A stretch of DNA of 58,283 bases from Polyangiales bacterium (GCA_046351555.1 JAXLYI010000006.1:1-58283); one strand, 5' to 3'; numbered from the stretch's first letter, positions 1-11,682 are shown. Numbers and translations: made by a program. The notes: generated from the letters alone by a model not told the origin.

Positions 1-17
1 ACGGAGCTGCACACCCC

Positions 18-1258
18 ATGACCTCTTGCCCCCCTCGCGCCGGCCTCCGGCCCGCCCTCCTCGCCCTCCTCGCCACCGCCTGCGGCGAGACCGTCGCCAC
101 CGCCCCCGACGCGAGTTCGCCCGACGCGCCCGCCCCCGACGCGCCCCCCGCCGACGACATCCTCGACGCGCCCAAGCCCGACGCCGCCCTCGACGTGAGC
201 GCCCCCGACGCCGCGCCCGACGCGCCCATCGCGCAAGACGTCTCCCCGCCGCCGGCCGACCTGCCCACCGAGGCGTCCGTCGCGCACCTCGCGGGCGTCA
301 CCTGCGCGAGCACGCCGCCCGAGGGCGCCACGCGCTCGCCGCCGCTCCCTGCCTACTCCGGCGGGACGTGCCCGACGCTGCGGCCCGGCACCAACACCAT
401 CCGCACGACGGGCGGCGACCGGAGCTTCATCCTCGTGGTGCCCACAGGCTTCGACCGCGCGCGCCCGGCGCCGCTGGTGTTCATCTGGCACTGGCTCGGC
501 GGGTCGGCCAGCTCGGTGGTCAACAACGCGATGGCGCAGCCGATCGCCGACGCGCTCGGCGTCATCGTCGCCATCCCCGAGAAGAAGACCGACCTCGCGA
601 TCCGCATCCCGATCATCAACCGCGACTTCGACCCGGCGTGGCCCTACCTCAACCTCGCCAGCGCCGCGCGCGTCGAGGAGGAGGCGCGCTTCTTCGACGA
701 CGTCATCGCGTGCGTCCACGCGAGCTACGGCGTCAACGCCGACTGCATCTCCTCCGCGGGCGTCAGCGCCGGCGCCCTCTGGACCTCGCAGCTCATGCAG
801 ATCCGCAGCGAGCGCCTCGCCAGCGCGATCATCCTCTCGGGCGGCGTCGGGCCCGCCACGAGCACGGGCGTCATCGACGCGCGCGGGTGGACGGCGCCGC
901 CGCGCGCGATCCCCACGCTGCTCGGGTGGGGCGGGCCCATCGACCAGTGCGGGCTCAACTTCAACACCGCCTCGCGCAGCCTCGGCACGCGGCTCCACAT
1001 GGCGGGATCCTTCGTCGAGGAGTGCATCCACAACTGCGGCCACACCGTGCCGCCCGTCGACGACCAGGCCGCCGGCCTCCGCGTTCTCCTCCGCTTCGCG
1101 GTCGACCACCCGTACTGGCTGCGCCGCGGGGAGTCGCCCTACCTGCACGACGGACTCCCGACGGGGACGCCCTCGTGGTGCGCCATCGGGGTGGGCCGCG
1201 CGGTGGCCCGCACCGGCGCGTGCCCGAGCGCCTTCATGAGCTGCCCGGTGCCGGCGCT

Positions 1259-1262
<4 letters not shown>
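18..1262 (+). CDS. Secreted alpha/beta-hydrolase esterase (PHB-depolymerase/feruloyl-esterase-like) lipoprotein
   Basis: N-terminal signal peptide with lipobox-like LLATAC, then a Pro/Asp/Ala-rich linker. Esterase motifs FIWHWLGGS and a GxSxG-like nucleophile elbow [11 protein letters not shown]. Long uninterrupted ORF. Confidence 0.7.
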
Positions 1263-2556
<1,294 letters not shown>

Positions 2557-2560
<4 letters not shown>

Positions 2561-3657
2561 CCGCGGGCCTCCCCGGGCCGGTACCAGTCGAAGGCGTTGC
2601 TTCGGGTGAAGTTGGTGAAGGCGAGGTTGATGCTGAGCGAGAGGGCCCGGACGTGGTGCCACCAGCCCACCGGGATGAAGAGCATGTCGCCCGGCTCGAG
2701 CGTCACGTCCTTCACCACGGCCTTCGCGAAATCGGGGTACGCCGCGAGGTCGGGCGCCTCGGGGTCGACCCTGCTGTACACGCCGCGGGTGGCCGGGATC
2801 ATCGCGGGCTCCCACGGCGCCACGAGGCGGAAGCGCTTGCGCCCGTACACCTGCCCGAACAGGATGTTGCAGGTGTCGTGGTGCATCGGGGTGACGGTGC
2901 CGCCGGGCCCGACCCACAGCGCGACCGAGCCCGCGAGGCGCTTCGGGTCGAAGAAGGTCGGGTCGAGCGCGACGTCGTCGTAGAGAACCTGGAGCGCCGC
3001 CCGGTCCATGTTGCGGTTGTTGGCGACGAGGTAGAGGTCGTTCGACTCGCCCGCGGCCACCACCCGGTCGATGAAGTCGCCGAAGCGCACGGGGCGGGAG
3101 TGCTTCGGGGTGTTGAGGTCGTAGTCGGGGTCGCCCTCGCGGCCGAACACCGCCGCCACCTCGACGTCGCCGACGCGGGCCTTGAGGTACTCCGGCGTCC
3201 ACCGCCCGAAGGCGGGCCAGCGCGTCACCACGTCGGTGAGCACCACCGGCGTGCACGTCGCGTAGTAGCGGTCGAAGAACTCCTCCGCCCCGACGCCCGC
3301 GCGCCGCTCCACGCGGGTCGCGTGCGGCGCGGTGCGATTGAGCTCGGCGAGCAGCCGCGTGGTGAGCTCGAGCCGGCGCGACTGCGCGACGTAGCGGCGC
3401 GCGGCGGCGGTCACGGGCGACGCGAGCAGCGCAGCCACCACGGCGGCGGCCTCCTCCGCGTCGACGCCCTGCGCGACGAGCACCGAGGCCACCTCCTCGC
3501 GCGAGCGGCCAGCGAGGAGGTTCTCCGCGGCCCAGGCGCGCCAGTCGGGTGCGAGCGCGCGGTCGTTGCGTCGCGCGGGCCGGCGGACGCGGCCGCCCGC
3601 GGCGGGGGTGCGGCGGAGCATGGAGCCTCGTTCACACGCGGGCCGCGGGGCTGTCAA
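2557..3657 (-). CDS. JmjC/cupin-like 2-oxoglutarate/Fe(II) oxygenase domain protein
   Basis: HxD...H metal triad (MHHDTCN ... WWHHV) in a cupin fold typical of JmjC-type hydroxylases. Its stop overlaps the purB start by 4 nt. An alternative start is at 3621 (MLRR). Confidence 0.7.
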
Positions 3658-3699
3658 GCGGCGCCGGTGCGCGCGAACCCGAGCGCACCGGGCGCGCGC

Positions 3700-5631
3700 T
3701 CACTGCGAGTCGAGCTGGCGGAGGAGCTCCTGCATCACGCCCTGCACGTCGGGGTCGGCGCCGTTGCCGCCCCCCGACGGGAGCCGCTGCGGCCCGCTGC
3801 CCGGCGCGATGCGCGTGGGCCCGCCGCCCGACGGCGCGCTCCCCCCCTGGTTCGTGAGCCCCTGGAGCAGCGGGCCGAGCATCTCGATCGCCTGCTGCAT
3901 CTCGGGCGAGGCGTTGCCGCCCATCACGCCCTGGAGCAGGGACGCCATGTTGGCCTGGCCGAGGTCGTCGTCGCCGTGCGACTCCTGGAGCCACCGGCGC
4001 GCGAGCCCGCGGTAGCGCGCGGCCCCGGCCCCGTGCTCGGCCACCAGCGCGTCGACGAAGCCCGCGGTCGGCGCCGTGCGGAAGCGCCACGTGTCGACGT
4101 AGCGCCGCACCGCGCGGAAGAAGACCTCGTCGCCCGCCGCCTCGCGCAGCGCGTTGTAGAGGTAGGGGCCCTTGCCGTAGACGATCCCGGCGTAGCGGAG
4201 CTGGTCGTTGAAGACGGCCGCGGGCCGGTCGACCGGGCCGTCGGGGCGCCCGAGCATCCGCATCATCTGGTAGTTCATGCGGATGTTCAGGTCGGCGTCG
4301 CGGCGCGATCGTTCGATACCGTACCGATCCTCGAGGTAGAGCGCGGCCGACCACTGGGCGAGCGACTCGTCGACGAAGGGGTGGAGCCGCGAGTCGCTCC
4401 CGACGAGGCCGTGCCAGTACTGGTGCGCCACCTCGTGGGCCGTCACGAACTCCAGCATCGCGGGCATCATCTGCCCCATCGCCTGCGTCGCCTCGCCCCC
4501 GCCGAGCAGGCCCATCAGGCCCCCCGCGAGGCCGTCCATCTGCGGCGGCTTGTAGAACATGCTCGCCACCGTCACGAGCCCCGGAAACTCCACGCCCCCC
4601 GCGCCGCCGACGAGGGGCGCCTCCACCACGTCGAGGTCGACGTAGGGGTACGGGCCGAAGCGCCGTTCGAAGTCCGCGAGCGCGGCGGCGGCGACGTCGA
4701 GCACCCGCTCGCCCGCCGCCTGGTCGTTGGGCAGGTAGTGCGAGCGCACCTCCACCTCGCCCACGCGCCGCGTCGACGTGCGCAGCGTCGCGCCGGCCAT
4801 CACGCAGAAGTCCCGCACCGCGGCGCCGCCCACCTCCAGCCGCTGCCGATCGTTCGCCACCGTACGACCGAGCGTCACGCCCGTGGTCGCCACGGTGTAC
4901 GACGCGGGCAGGTCGAGCACGGCGCGCACGTTGGCGAGGTCGTCGGAGCCGAGGTCGCCCGCGTGGCCGCCGTCGTCGCGCTCCCAGCGCGCGCCCACGC
5001 GCCGCCCGACCACCGCGTAGAAGTTGGCCATGCTCACGACGCCGTCGCCCACGGCGAGGAGCCCGTAGTCCCCCGACGACTCGCCCGCGCCGAGCATCGA
5101 GAGCGACTCCATCCCCTGCGCGAGGATGTTGGTGCGCGAGCCGTCGATCTCGTCGAGGCGCCCCTGGAGGTCGACCACGACCCGCAGCGACGCGCCCGGC
5201 GCGAGCGGCGCGCGCGGGCGGACGACGATCACCGACGGCGACTCCTGCCGCACCGTGCACGGCCCCGTCACGCAGCGCCCCGACACGAAGCGGACCGGCG
5301 CCTCCCCCTGCGCGCGGCGCGCGGCGTTGGCGTACACGCGGAGCACCACCTCGGGCATCGGCGCGCGCTCGTTGTTGGTGAACCAGAGCTCCTCCGCGAC
5401 GGAGAACGCCCGCTCGCCCTGCGCGAGCGAGACCGTGAGGCTGTAGAGCGGGAGCTGGTCGAGGCGCTGGAGGTGTGCGGCCGCGGGCAGGGCGTCGCGC
5501 GCCCAGGGACGGAGCGAGGGGAGGAGCTGCGCGGGGTCGTAGCGGGCGGCCGGGGGCGCGGGCTGGGCGCAGGCCGCCGCCGACGCGAGGAGGGCGGCGA
5601 GGCACGGGGGGAAGGCGGACTTCCAGCGCAT
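3700..5631 (-). CDS. Secreted M1-family zinc metallopeptidase (aminopeptidase N-like)
   Basis: Gluzincin motif HEVAHQYWH followed 19 aa later by the third zinc ligand E (DESLAQW). Signal peptide MRWKSAFPPCLAALLASAAACAQ. Start trimmed to the ATG at 5629-5631. Confidence 0.8.
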   Translation of the reverse strand: MRWKSAFPPCLAALLASAAACAQPAPPAARYDPAQLLPSLRPWARDALPAAAHLQRLDQLPLYSLTVSLAQGERAFSVAEELWFTNNERAPMPEVVLRVYANAARRAQGEAPVRFVSGRCVTGPCTVRQESPSVIVVRPRAPLAPGASLRVVVDLQGRLDEIDGSRTNILAQGMESLSMLGAGESSGDYGLLAVGDGVVSMANFYAVVGRRVGARWERDDGGHAGDLGSDDLANVRAVLDLPASYTVATTGVTLGRTVANDRQRLEVGGAAVRDFCVMAGATLRTSTRRVGEVEVRSHYLPNDQAAGERVLDVAAAALADFERRFGPYPYVDLDVVEAPLVGGAGGVEFPGLVTVASMFYKPPQMDGLAGGLMGLLGGGEATQAMGQMMPAMLEFVTAHEVAHQYWHGLVGSDSRLHPFVDESLAQWSAALYLEDRYGIERSRRDADLNIRMNYQMMRMLGRPDGPVDRPAAVFNDQLRYAGIVYGKGPYLYNALREAAGDEVFFRAVRRYVDTWRFRTAPTAGFVDALVAEHGAGAARYRGLARRWLQESHGDDDLGQANMASLLQGVMGGNASPEMQQAIEMLGPLLQGLTNQGGSAPSGGGPTRIAPGSGPQRLPSGGGNGADPDVQGVMQELLRQLDSQ

Positions 5632-5701
5632 GGTTCGCCGGTCGTACCACGGCGAACGGCCGTTGCGGGGCGGCGGGGCTTCGAAGTACACGGGCGGTCG
5701 C

Positions 5702-6739
5702 ATGGACGCCCCCCTCCACCTCCGCGCGCAGGCCGCCGCCGCCCGCGCGCTGCTCCGTCTCCCGCCCGAAGTCCTCGTCCGCCTCGCCGGCGGTGTGCCC
5801 CTGGCGAAGGACGGCTGCGTCCTCGACGCGCAGACGCAGATGCTCGCGTGGCTCGCGGCGCGGCTCGGGCGCGCGGGCCGGGGGCGCGGCGAGCTCGCGC
5901 ACGAGCGGAGGGAGTTCGACCGCGAGGCCGCGGCCTTCGTGCGGCGGCACAGCCCCCTCGCCTCGGTGCGCGACGAGCGCGTCAGCGCGAACATCCGCGC
6001 GCGGGTCTACCGCCCCCACGGGGCGCGGGCGAAGGGGCCGGCGGTGGTGTTCTTCCACGGCGGGGGCTTCGTGCTCGGGGGACTCGCGTCGCACGACCCC
6101 ATCTGCCGCGCGCTCGCGCACGACACGGGCTTCGCGGTGGTGGCGATCGACTACCGGCTCGCGCCCGAGCACCCCTTCCCCGCCGCCGCGGACGACGCGA
6201 CCGAGGCCTTCCGTTGGGTCGCCCGATCGGCCGACGCGCTCGACGTCGACCCCGCGCGCCTCGCGGTGGCGGGCGACAGCGCGGGCGGCAACCTCTCGGC
6301 CGTCGTGTGCCTCGACACGCGCGGCGACGCGGTGAGGCCGCGCTTCCAGGCCCTCGTCTACCCGGCCACCGACAGCACCTGGTCGTTCCCGTCGATGGAG
6401 ACGATGGCCACCGGGGGCCTGCTCGAGCGCGAAAGCGTGGGGTGGTTTCGCGGCTCCTACACGCCCGACCCCGCGATCTGGAAGCTCCCGCGCGTGTCGC
6501 CCTGGTTCGCCGACGACCTCGCGTCTTTGCCGCCCGCCCTCGTGCAGACGGCAGGCTTCGACCCGCTGCGCGACGAGGGCGAGGCCTACGGCGAGAGGCT
6601 TCGCGACGCGGGCGTGCCCGTCACGGTGAAGCGCTACCCCAGCCTCTCCCACGGCTACCTCAACGTCCTCGGCACCGTCACCGCCGTCGCCGAGCCCTGG
6701 GACGACCTCGTCGCCGCCCTCCAACAGCACCTCGCCTGA
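5702..6739 (+). CDS. Alpha/beta hydrolase fold-3 esterase/lipase (Aes/HSL family)
   Basis: Oxyanion-hole motif HGGGF and nucleophile motif GDSAGG, with a C-terminal catalytic His region (SHGY). Confidence 0.85.
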   Translation: MDAPLHLRAQAAAARALLRLPPEVLVRLAGGVPLAKDGCVLDAQTQMLAWLAARLGRAGRGRGELAHERREFDREAAAFVRRHSPLASVRDERVSANIRARVYRPHGARAKGPAVVFFHGGGFVLGGLASHDPICRALAHDTGFAVVAIDYRLAPEHPFPAAADDATEAFRWVARSADALDVDPARLAVAGDSAGGNLSAVVCLDTRGDAVRPRFQALVYPATDSTWSFPSMETMATGGLLERESVGWFRGSYTPDPAIWKLPRVSPWFADDLASLPPALVQTAGFDPLRDEGEAYGERLRDAGVPVTVKRYPSLSHGYLNVLGTVTAVAEPWDDLVAALQQHLA

Positions 6740-6887
6740 TTTCACCAATAACGGAATGTTTCAAATTTGACGGAATCGGACCGTCGTGACAGAAACGCGC
6801 CTGTCGATTGCCGTGGGATCAAATCTTTTCACTCCCACGGTCGTCGAAGGGTTGGTTCCACCCACACGCCCCCCGATGAGGTTCCCC

Positions 6888-7658
6888 ATGACGGCACGCC
6901 ACGACGACTCGGTCCTGACCTCGATCCGTGAGATCCAGCGCCTGGAGGAGGAGCGGCTGCGGGAGAACGCCCGCCGCGCCGAGGCCGCCGAGCGCGACCG
7001 GGTCGCCCGCGCCGAGGCCGCGCGCCTGGAGGCCGAGCGTGAAGTCGCCGCCCGGGCCGCCGCGCTGGAGGCCGAGCGCGTCGCCGAGCAGCGCCGCCGT
7101 GACGAGTCCGAGCGCAAGGAGCACGAGGCCCGCGAGGCCCGCGAGCTGGCGATCCGCGCCGAGGCTGACGCCGAGCGGGCCCTGCGCGCGCAGCGCCTCG
7201 CCGACGAGCACGCGCAGGCGATGGCGGCGATCGAGGCCGAGCGCAGCCGCGGGGTGCAGGCGCCGAAGGCCGTCGCGATGGTGCTCGCGGCGGTGGCGCT
7301 CACGGGAGCGATCGGGTGGTTCGGGGTGTACGTCCCCCACCAGCGGCAGCACGCGGCGGAGGTCTCGTCGATCGCGTACCGCGCGCAGGCCGCGCAGCGC
7401 GAGCGCGACCGGGTCCAGCAGGAGGCCGACGCCCTCGCGGTGCGCCTCCGCGACGCCGCCCGCACGGCGCCGCCCCCGAGCCCCGTCGTCGCCGTCGCCA
7501 CGCCGACGCCCGCGCCGCGCACCCCGACGCGCACCCCGGCCCGCGTCCGCCAGCAGACGCAGCAGGCCGCCCCCGAAGTGATCGAGATCGGCGGGGGCGA
7601 CGACCCCTTCGCCATGGACGACGGCGCCCGCGGGACCACGGGGAGGCCGCGGCGCTGA
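6888..7658 (+). CDS. Coiled-coil protein with a single TM helix (tandem paralog 1)
   Basis: N-terminal motif DDSVLTSIREIQRLEEERLRE, then an Arg/Glu/Ala-rich coiled coil, a TM segment AVAMVLAAVALTGAIGWFGVYV, and a Pro-rich tail. An alternative start is at 6876. Confidence 0.55.
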   Translation: MTARHDDSVLTSIREIQRLEEERLRENARRAEAAERDRVARAEAARLEAEREVAARAAALEAERVAEQRRRDESERKEHEAREARELAIRAEADAERALRAQRLADEHAQAMAAIEAERSRGVQAPKAVAMVLAAVALTGAIGWFGVYVPHQRQHAAEVSSIAYRAQAAQRERDRVQQEADALAVRLRDAARTAPPPSPVVAVATPTPAPRTPTRTPARVRQQTQQAAPEVIEIGGGDDPFAMDDGARGTTGRPRR

Positions 7659-7773
7659 AGCGCAACGTCACGCGCCACCTTCGCGCGGCGGCGAAGGTTG
7701 ACACCGTAAAGGCGCACTGATAGCAAAGATTTCCGCCGCACCCTGTCGTTCTCCCCATCGGAGGAAGCGTTCG

Positions 7774-8547
7774 ATGAGCCAGCAGAAGGAAGATTCGGTC
7801 CTGTTCTCTCTCCGCAGCCTGATGGAGATCGAGGAGGAGCGGATCAAGCAAGAGGAGGACTCCAAGCGCCGCGCCGAGGAAGAGGCGAAGATGCGCGCGG
7901 AGGAGCAGCGCCGCGCCGAGGAGGAGGAGAAGGCCGCGAAGATCCGCGCCGCCGAGGAGGCCCGCGCCGCCGAGGAGCGCCGCCGCCAGGAGGAGGAGGA
8001 TCGCCGCCGCCGCGAGAACGAGGAGCGCGAGCTCCGCATCCGCCTCGACGCGGAGGCCCAGGCGCGCGACCGAGAGCTCCAGGCCAAGATGGAGCACGAG
8101 CAGAAGCTCGCGATGATCGAGGCCCAGAAGAAGAAGGGCATGTCGTCGGGGGCCGTGGCGGGCATCGTGTTCGGCGTGGTCGCGCTGATCGGCGTCGGCG
8201 GCTTCTTCGGCGTGATCCGCCCCTCGCAGGAGCGCGCCGCGGCCGAGCAGCGCGCCTCGCAGGAGCGCGCGGCCCGCGCCGAGGTCGAGCGTCAGGCGGC
8301 CGAGGCCCAGGCGGCCGCGCACCGCCGCGAGCTCGAGCGCCTCGAGGCCCAGCACCGCGAGGACGCAGCCCGCGCCGAGCGTGAGCGTCAGGCTGCTGCC
8401 ACGGCGGCCGCGGCGGCTGCCAGCAACCCCGCGACCGCGGCCTCGCGCCCCCGCCCCTCGGGTGGTGGCCGTCGCCCGGCGCGCCCCGCCGGCGGTGGCG
8501 GTGGCGGAGGCGGCGGCGGCAGCGACTTCGGCGACCTCGGCCTGTGA
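7774..8547 (+). CDS. Coiled-coil protein with a single TM helix (tandem paralog 2)
   Basis: Same architecture as the upstream gene: EDSVLFSLRSLMEIEEERIKQEE, an E/R-rich coiled coil, TM segment AVAGIVFGVVALIGVGGFFGVI, and a Gly-rich tail. Confidence 0.6.
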   Translation: MSQQKEDSVLFSLRSLMEIEEERIKQEEDSKRRAEEEAKMRAEEQRRAEEEEKAAKIRAAEEARAAEERRRQEEEDRRRRENEERELRIRLDAEAQARDRELQAKMEHEQKLAMIEAQKKKGMSSGAVAGIVFGVVALIGVGGFFGVIRPSQERAAAEQRASQERAARAEVERQAAEAQAAAHRRELERLEAQHREDAARAERERQAAATAAAAAASNPATAASRPRPSGGGRRPARPAGGGGGGGGGGSDFGDLGL

Positions 8548-8595
8548 CCGTCCCCCGCCTCTCCCTTCCCTCCCCCCTCACCTGAACTCCCTCCC

Positions 8596-9345
8596 ATGAA
8601 GCGTTACCTCTGCGGCGTCCACGCCGTGCGGGAGGCCCTCGCGAGCCACGCGAAGGACGTCGCCGTGGTGTACGTCGCGGGCGACGTCGCGCGCGGCCCC
8701 CTCGCCGAGCTCGCCGCCCTCGCGAAGGCCCAGCGCGTCACCCTCGAGAGCGCGCAGCCTCAGGCGCTCGACGCGCTCGCGGGGGGCGTTCGCCACCAGG
8801 GCGCCGTCGCCGTGGTGGGCGGCGACTACCCGTACGTCGACCTCGACGCGCTGCTCGAGCGCGCCCGCAAGCGCTCCGAGCGCCCGCTGGTGGTGTGCCT
8901 CGACGAGGTGACCGACCCGCACAATTTCGGGGCGATCGTGCGCTCGGCGGTGGCGCTCGGCGGCGACGGGGTGGTGACGCTGAAAGACCGCGCGGCGCCT
9001 GTCACCCCGGTGGTCGTCCGCACCTCCGCGGGCGCCACCGAGCACTGCGCGATCGCGCGCGTGGTGAACCTCGCGCGGGCGCTCGAAGCGCTCTCCCGCG
9101 CGGGCTACCGCACGGTGGGCCTCGACGCGGAAGGGACGGCCTCGCTCGAGGAGGTCGACCTCACGGGGCCCGTCGCCCTGGTGGTGGGCTCGGAGGGGAG
9201 CGGGCTCCGGCGGCTCGTGAAGGAGCGCTGCGACGTGCTCGCGCGCATCCCGCTCGGCGGCCCGGTCGCGTCGCTCAACGCCTCGGTGGCGGCGGGCGTG
9301 GCGATCTACGAGGTGACCCGCCAGCGCCGCGCCCTCCCGACGTGA
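8596..9345 (+). CDS. rlmB: SpoU/TrmH-family 23S rRNA (guanosine-2'-O)-methyltransferase
   Basis: SpoU-class methylase motifs: LDEVTDPHNFGAIVRSA, VVGSEGSGL and SLNASVAAGVAIYE. Length 249 aa. Confidence 0.8.
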   Translation: MKRYLCGVHAVREALASHAKDVAVVYVAGDVARGPLAELAALAKAQRVTLESAQPQALDALAGGVRHQGAVAVVGGDYPYVDLDALLERARKRSERPLVVCLDEVTDPHNFGAIVRSAVALGGDGVVTLKDRAAPVTPVVVRTSAGATEHCAIARVVNLARALEALSRAGYRTVGLDAEGTASLEEVDLTGPVALVVGSEGSGLRRLVKERCDVLARIPLGGPVASLNASVAAGVAIYEVTRQRRALPT

Positions 9346-9394
9346 CAGCGCCCTCGGAGCCGGTGGGCTGCGAGGGCGCTGCGGGCCTTCAGGG

Positions 9395-9478
9395 TGCGAG
9401 CGAAAGGACTTGAACCTTCACGAGTGTTACCCCACTGGAACCTGAATCCAGCGCGTCTGCCAATTCCGCCACGCTCGC
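9395..9478 (-). tRNA. tRNA-Leu (anticodon CAG)
   Basis: Reverse complement reads GCGAGCGTGGCGGAATTGGCAGACGCGCTGGATTCAGGTTCCAGTGGGGTAACACTCGTGAAGGTTCAAGTCCTTTCGCTCGCA. The 7-bp acceptor stem GCGAGCG/CGCTCGC, anticodon stem-loop CTGGA-TTCAGGT-TCCAG, long variable arm and T-loop GGTTCAAGTCC are all present. Confidence 0.85.
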
Positions 9479-9523
9479 ATGCGTTCGGGGGAACGGAGGG
9501 GTACCGCCCGCGGGCGGTCGTTG

Positions 9524-11596
9524 TCAAGCGGGTGTTGAGGCGCTCGGCTGCGCCCGCTGCGTGCGCTCGGCCCACCAGCAGCGCTCGAGGCGGTCGATGA
9601 CGCGACGGACGAGCAGGCGGGGCGGGACGTCTTCCTTCACCACCTCGGAGACCCAGCGGGCCCAGTGCGGGTCGAACACCGGCCCGCGCACCTTCGCGTG
9701 GGTCGCCTGCGCGCGGAAGGCCAGCACCACGCGCGACTCGCTGGTGAGGGCCGGCACCTCCACGGGCACCGTCGCCGTCAGCCGCCGGCGGAACATCGCC
9801 GCGTCCTCCCACGCCAGCACCGTGCGCTGCTCGGCGACGTCGTCGAGCAGCTCCGACGCCTCGGCGCGCAGCGAGGCGAGCGCGTCGGGCGTGATCGCCA
9901 TCACCACGCACGCGCCCGGCAGCGTGCCGCCGCAGTAGAACGACAGCGTGCGGAGGGCCGTGCGGCGGTCGGCGCGGGAGGTTCCGTTGCGGTAGAGGTT
10001 CTCGGCCTCGTCGACGAGGAGGACGGGGCCCGCGCACTTCTCCACGCGCTCGAGCAGGGCGATCCAGAGGAGGAGGCGCTGGTAGGCGTCCTGGCGGTAG
10101 TTGGCGTTGGAGGGTCGCGTGGCGAGCTCCGCGGCGCCGAGCCACGACTCCAGCGCCGCGCCTGCATTGGGCGCGCGGGCCGCGAAGGCGAGCGCCTTCT
10201 TCGCGGGCCCGGCGACGTCGCCCCCCTCGGCGGCGAGGGCCTCCAGCGCGTCGAGCAGGCGGCGGCACTGCTGCGACGAGCGCGTCCAGGCCGCGAGTCG
10301 GTCGAGCGCGGTGGGCTGGCCCGGCAGCGGGAGCGTGGCGTGCTCGAGCATCCGCCGCAGGTGGCGCTGCGGGCTGCCGAGGTCCATATCGAGCCGCTCG
10401 AGCGACAGTCGGAACACCGGGCGCCGGTCGGCGAGGGCGCGCCCCGTGAGGTGCATCAAGAGATGCGATTTGCCCGTCCCGTACGCGCCGGTGAGCAGCG
10501 CGAACACCGAGCTCTGCATCGCCGCGTGTTCGAAGAGGGCGGTGATGGTCCGGTCGATCTTCTCGTGGCCGACGCTCATCGACGGCACGGGCTCGGCGGG
10601 GGGGAGCCCCTGCGCCGCGCGGATCACCGCCCGGAGCGCGGGCAGCGCGGCGTTGGACGTCCCCTGCGGCTCGGGCGGGTCGAGCGGCGCGCGCCACCCC
10701 TCCGGCGGCGTCGCGTCGACGACGGGGCGGTGCGGCGGCGGAAGCTCGTCGGGCGCGTCGCCGAGGGGCATCGCGCGCATCGCGAGGGGCGCGAGCGTGC
10801 GGAGCCCGCGGGCGCCGTCGAAGAGCGTGGCGGAGCCCGAGACCACCGCCTGCATCGAGACGAGCCCGCGGCCCCCGTCGGCGTTGTCGATGAGCTCGCG
10901 GAGCACGGTGTAGGCGTCCTCGCGGCGGCCCGGCGGCAGGCGGGTGAGCGCCTCGGCGCCGGCGAACACTGCGACCGTCCCCTTCCACCCGAGCACCCGG
11001 GCGAGGCGGGTGATCTCGCCGAGGCCGCGCTTGGCGGTCCGCGGCGAGAGCGCGGCGAAGGCCGTGTCGTCGCTCTCGGCGCGCGCGAGCTCGGTGCCCG
11101 CGAGCCACGCGTCGATGCGCCGGGCCTCGTGCGAGGGCTTGCGGCGCGCGTCGACGTAGGCGCGGGCCAGCGCGACGAGGTCGCCGCCCGCGTGCCACGC
11201 GAGCACGCCCCGGTCGAAGGCGGCGAGGGCCTCCTGCGAGCCCGCGTGGCGCGCGATGAAGCGGTCGAGCAGCGCGACCACGCCGCGGGCCTTCGGGGCC
11301 TCGTGGCACTGGAGGTTGCGCGCCACCGCCCGCACCAGGCCGTCGAGCGAGTCGAAGGCCTGGTCGGCCAGCACCGACACGCGCGCCGTGAGGAAGCCGC
11401 GCGCCCGCGCCCGCTCCTCCAGCGGGTCGAGGAGCTCCCACTGCCCCGTCGCCTTCGGCTGCCGGAGGAAGATCACCTCCGAGGCGCCCGAGCGGGAGAG
11501 GTCTTCGAGGCCCTGCGCCTCGACCGCGAGGAGGTGCTCGCGCCAGGCGTCCTGCGTCGCGCGGGCCGCGAGCCGGGATGTCGCCGCCGTCTCCAT
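9524..11596 (-). CDS. P-loop NTPase (AAA/STAND-like) with an uncharacterised ~350-aa N-terminal region
   Basis: Walker A LLTGAYGTGKSHLL and Walker B VLLVDEAENLY lie in the C-terminal half. 690 aa. No recognisable partner gene. Confidence 0.7.
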   Translation of the reverse strand: METAATSRLAARATQDAWREHLLAVEAQGLEDLSRSGASEVIFLRQPKATGQWELLDPLEERARARGFLTARVSVLADQAFDSLDGLVRAVARNLQCHEAPKARGVVALLDRFIARHAGSQEALAAFDRGVLAWHAGGDLVALARAYVDARRKPSHEARRIDAWLAGTELARAESDDTAFAALSPRTAKRGLGEITRLARVLGWKGTVAVFAGAEALTRLPPGRREDAYTVLRELIDNADGGRGLVSMQAVVSGSATLFDGARGLRTLAPLAMRAMPLGDAPDELPPPHRPVVDATPPEGWRAPLDPPEPQGTSNAALPALRAVIRAAQGLPPAEPVPSMSVGHEKIDRTITALFEHAAMQSSVFALLTGAYGTGKSHLLMHLTGRALADRRPVFRLSLERLDMDLGSPQRHLRRMLEHATLPLPGQPTALDRLAAWTRSSQQCRRLLDALEALAAEGGDVAGPAKKALAFAARAPNAGAALESWLGAAELATRPSNANYRQDAYQRLLLWIALLERVEKCAGPVLLVDEAENLYRNGTSRADRRTALRTLSFYCGGTLPGACVVMAITPDALASLRAEASELLDDVAEQRTVLAWEDAAMFRRRLTATVPVEVPALTSESRVVLAFRAQATHAKVRGPVFDPHWARWVSEVVKEDVPPRLLVRRVIDRLERCWWAERTQRAQPSASTPA

Positions 11597-11682
11597 GGTT
11601 CGCGGGCGACCATACCACCGCCCGGGCGCGCGGAAAGGGGGCGTTGCGGGCGCCGGCGCGGGCGACGAAACTCATCGCCGCC

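Noticed and set aside
2653-6789. 1378-aa plus-strand ORF and the 1038-aa minus-strand ORF at 3632..6748
   Set aside because: Both overlap the well-supported JmjC, M1 peptidase and esterase genes in other frames or on the other strand. They have low-complexity R/G/A/P composition and are artefacts of the high GC content.
9378-9480. tRNA 3' CCA and island attachment site
   Set aside because: CCA is not encoded (CCC follows the discriminator base). The accessory-looking NTPase lies on the 5' side of the tRNA, so an att-site integration at this tRNA is not supported.
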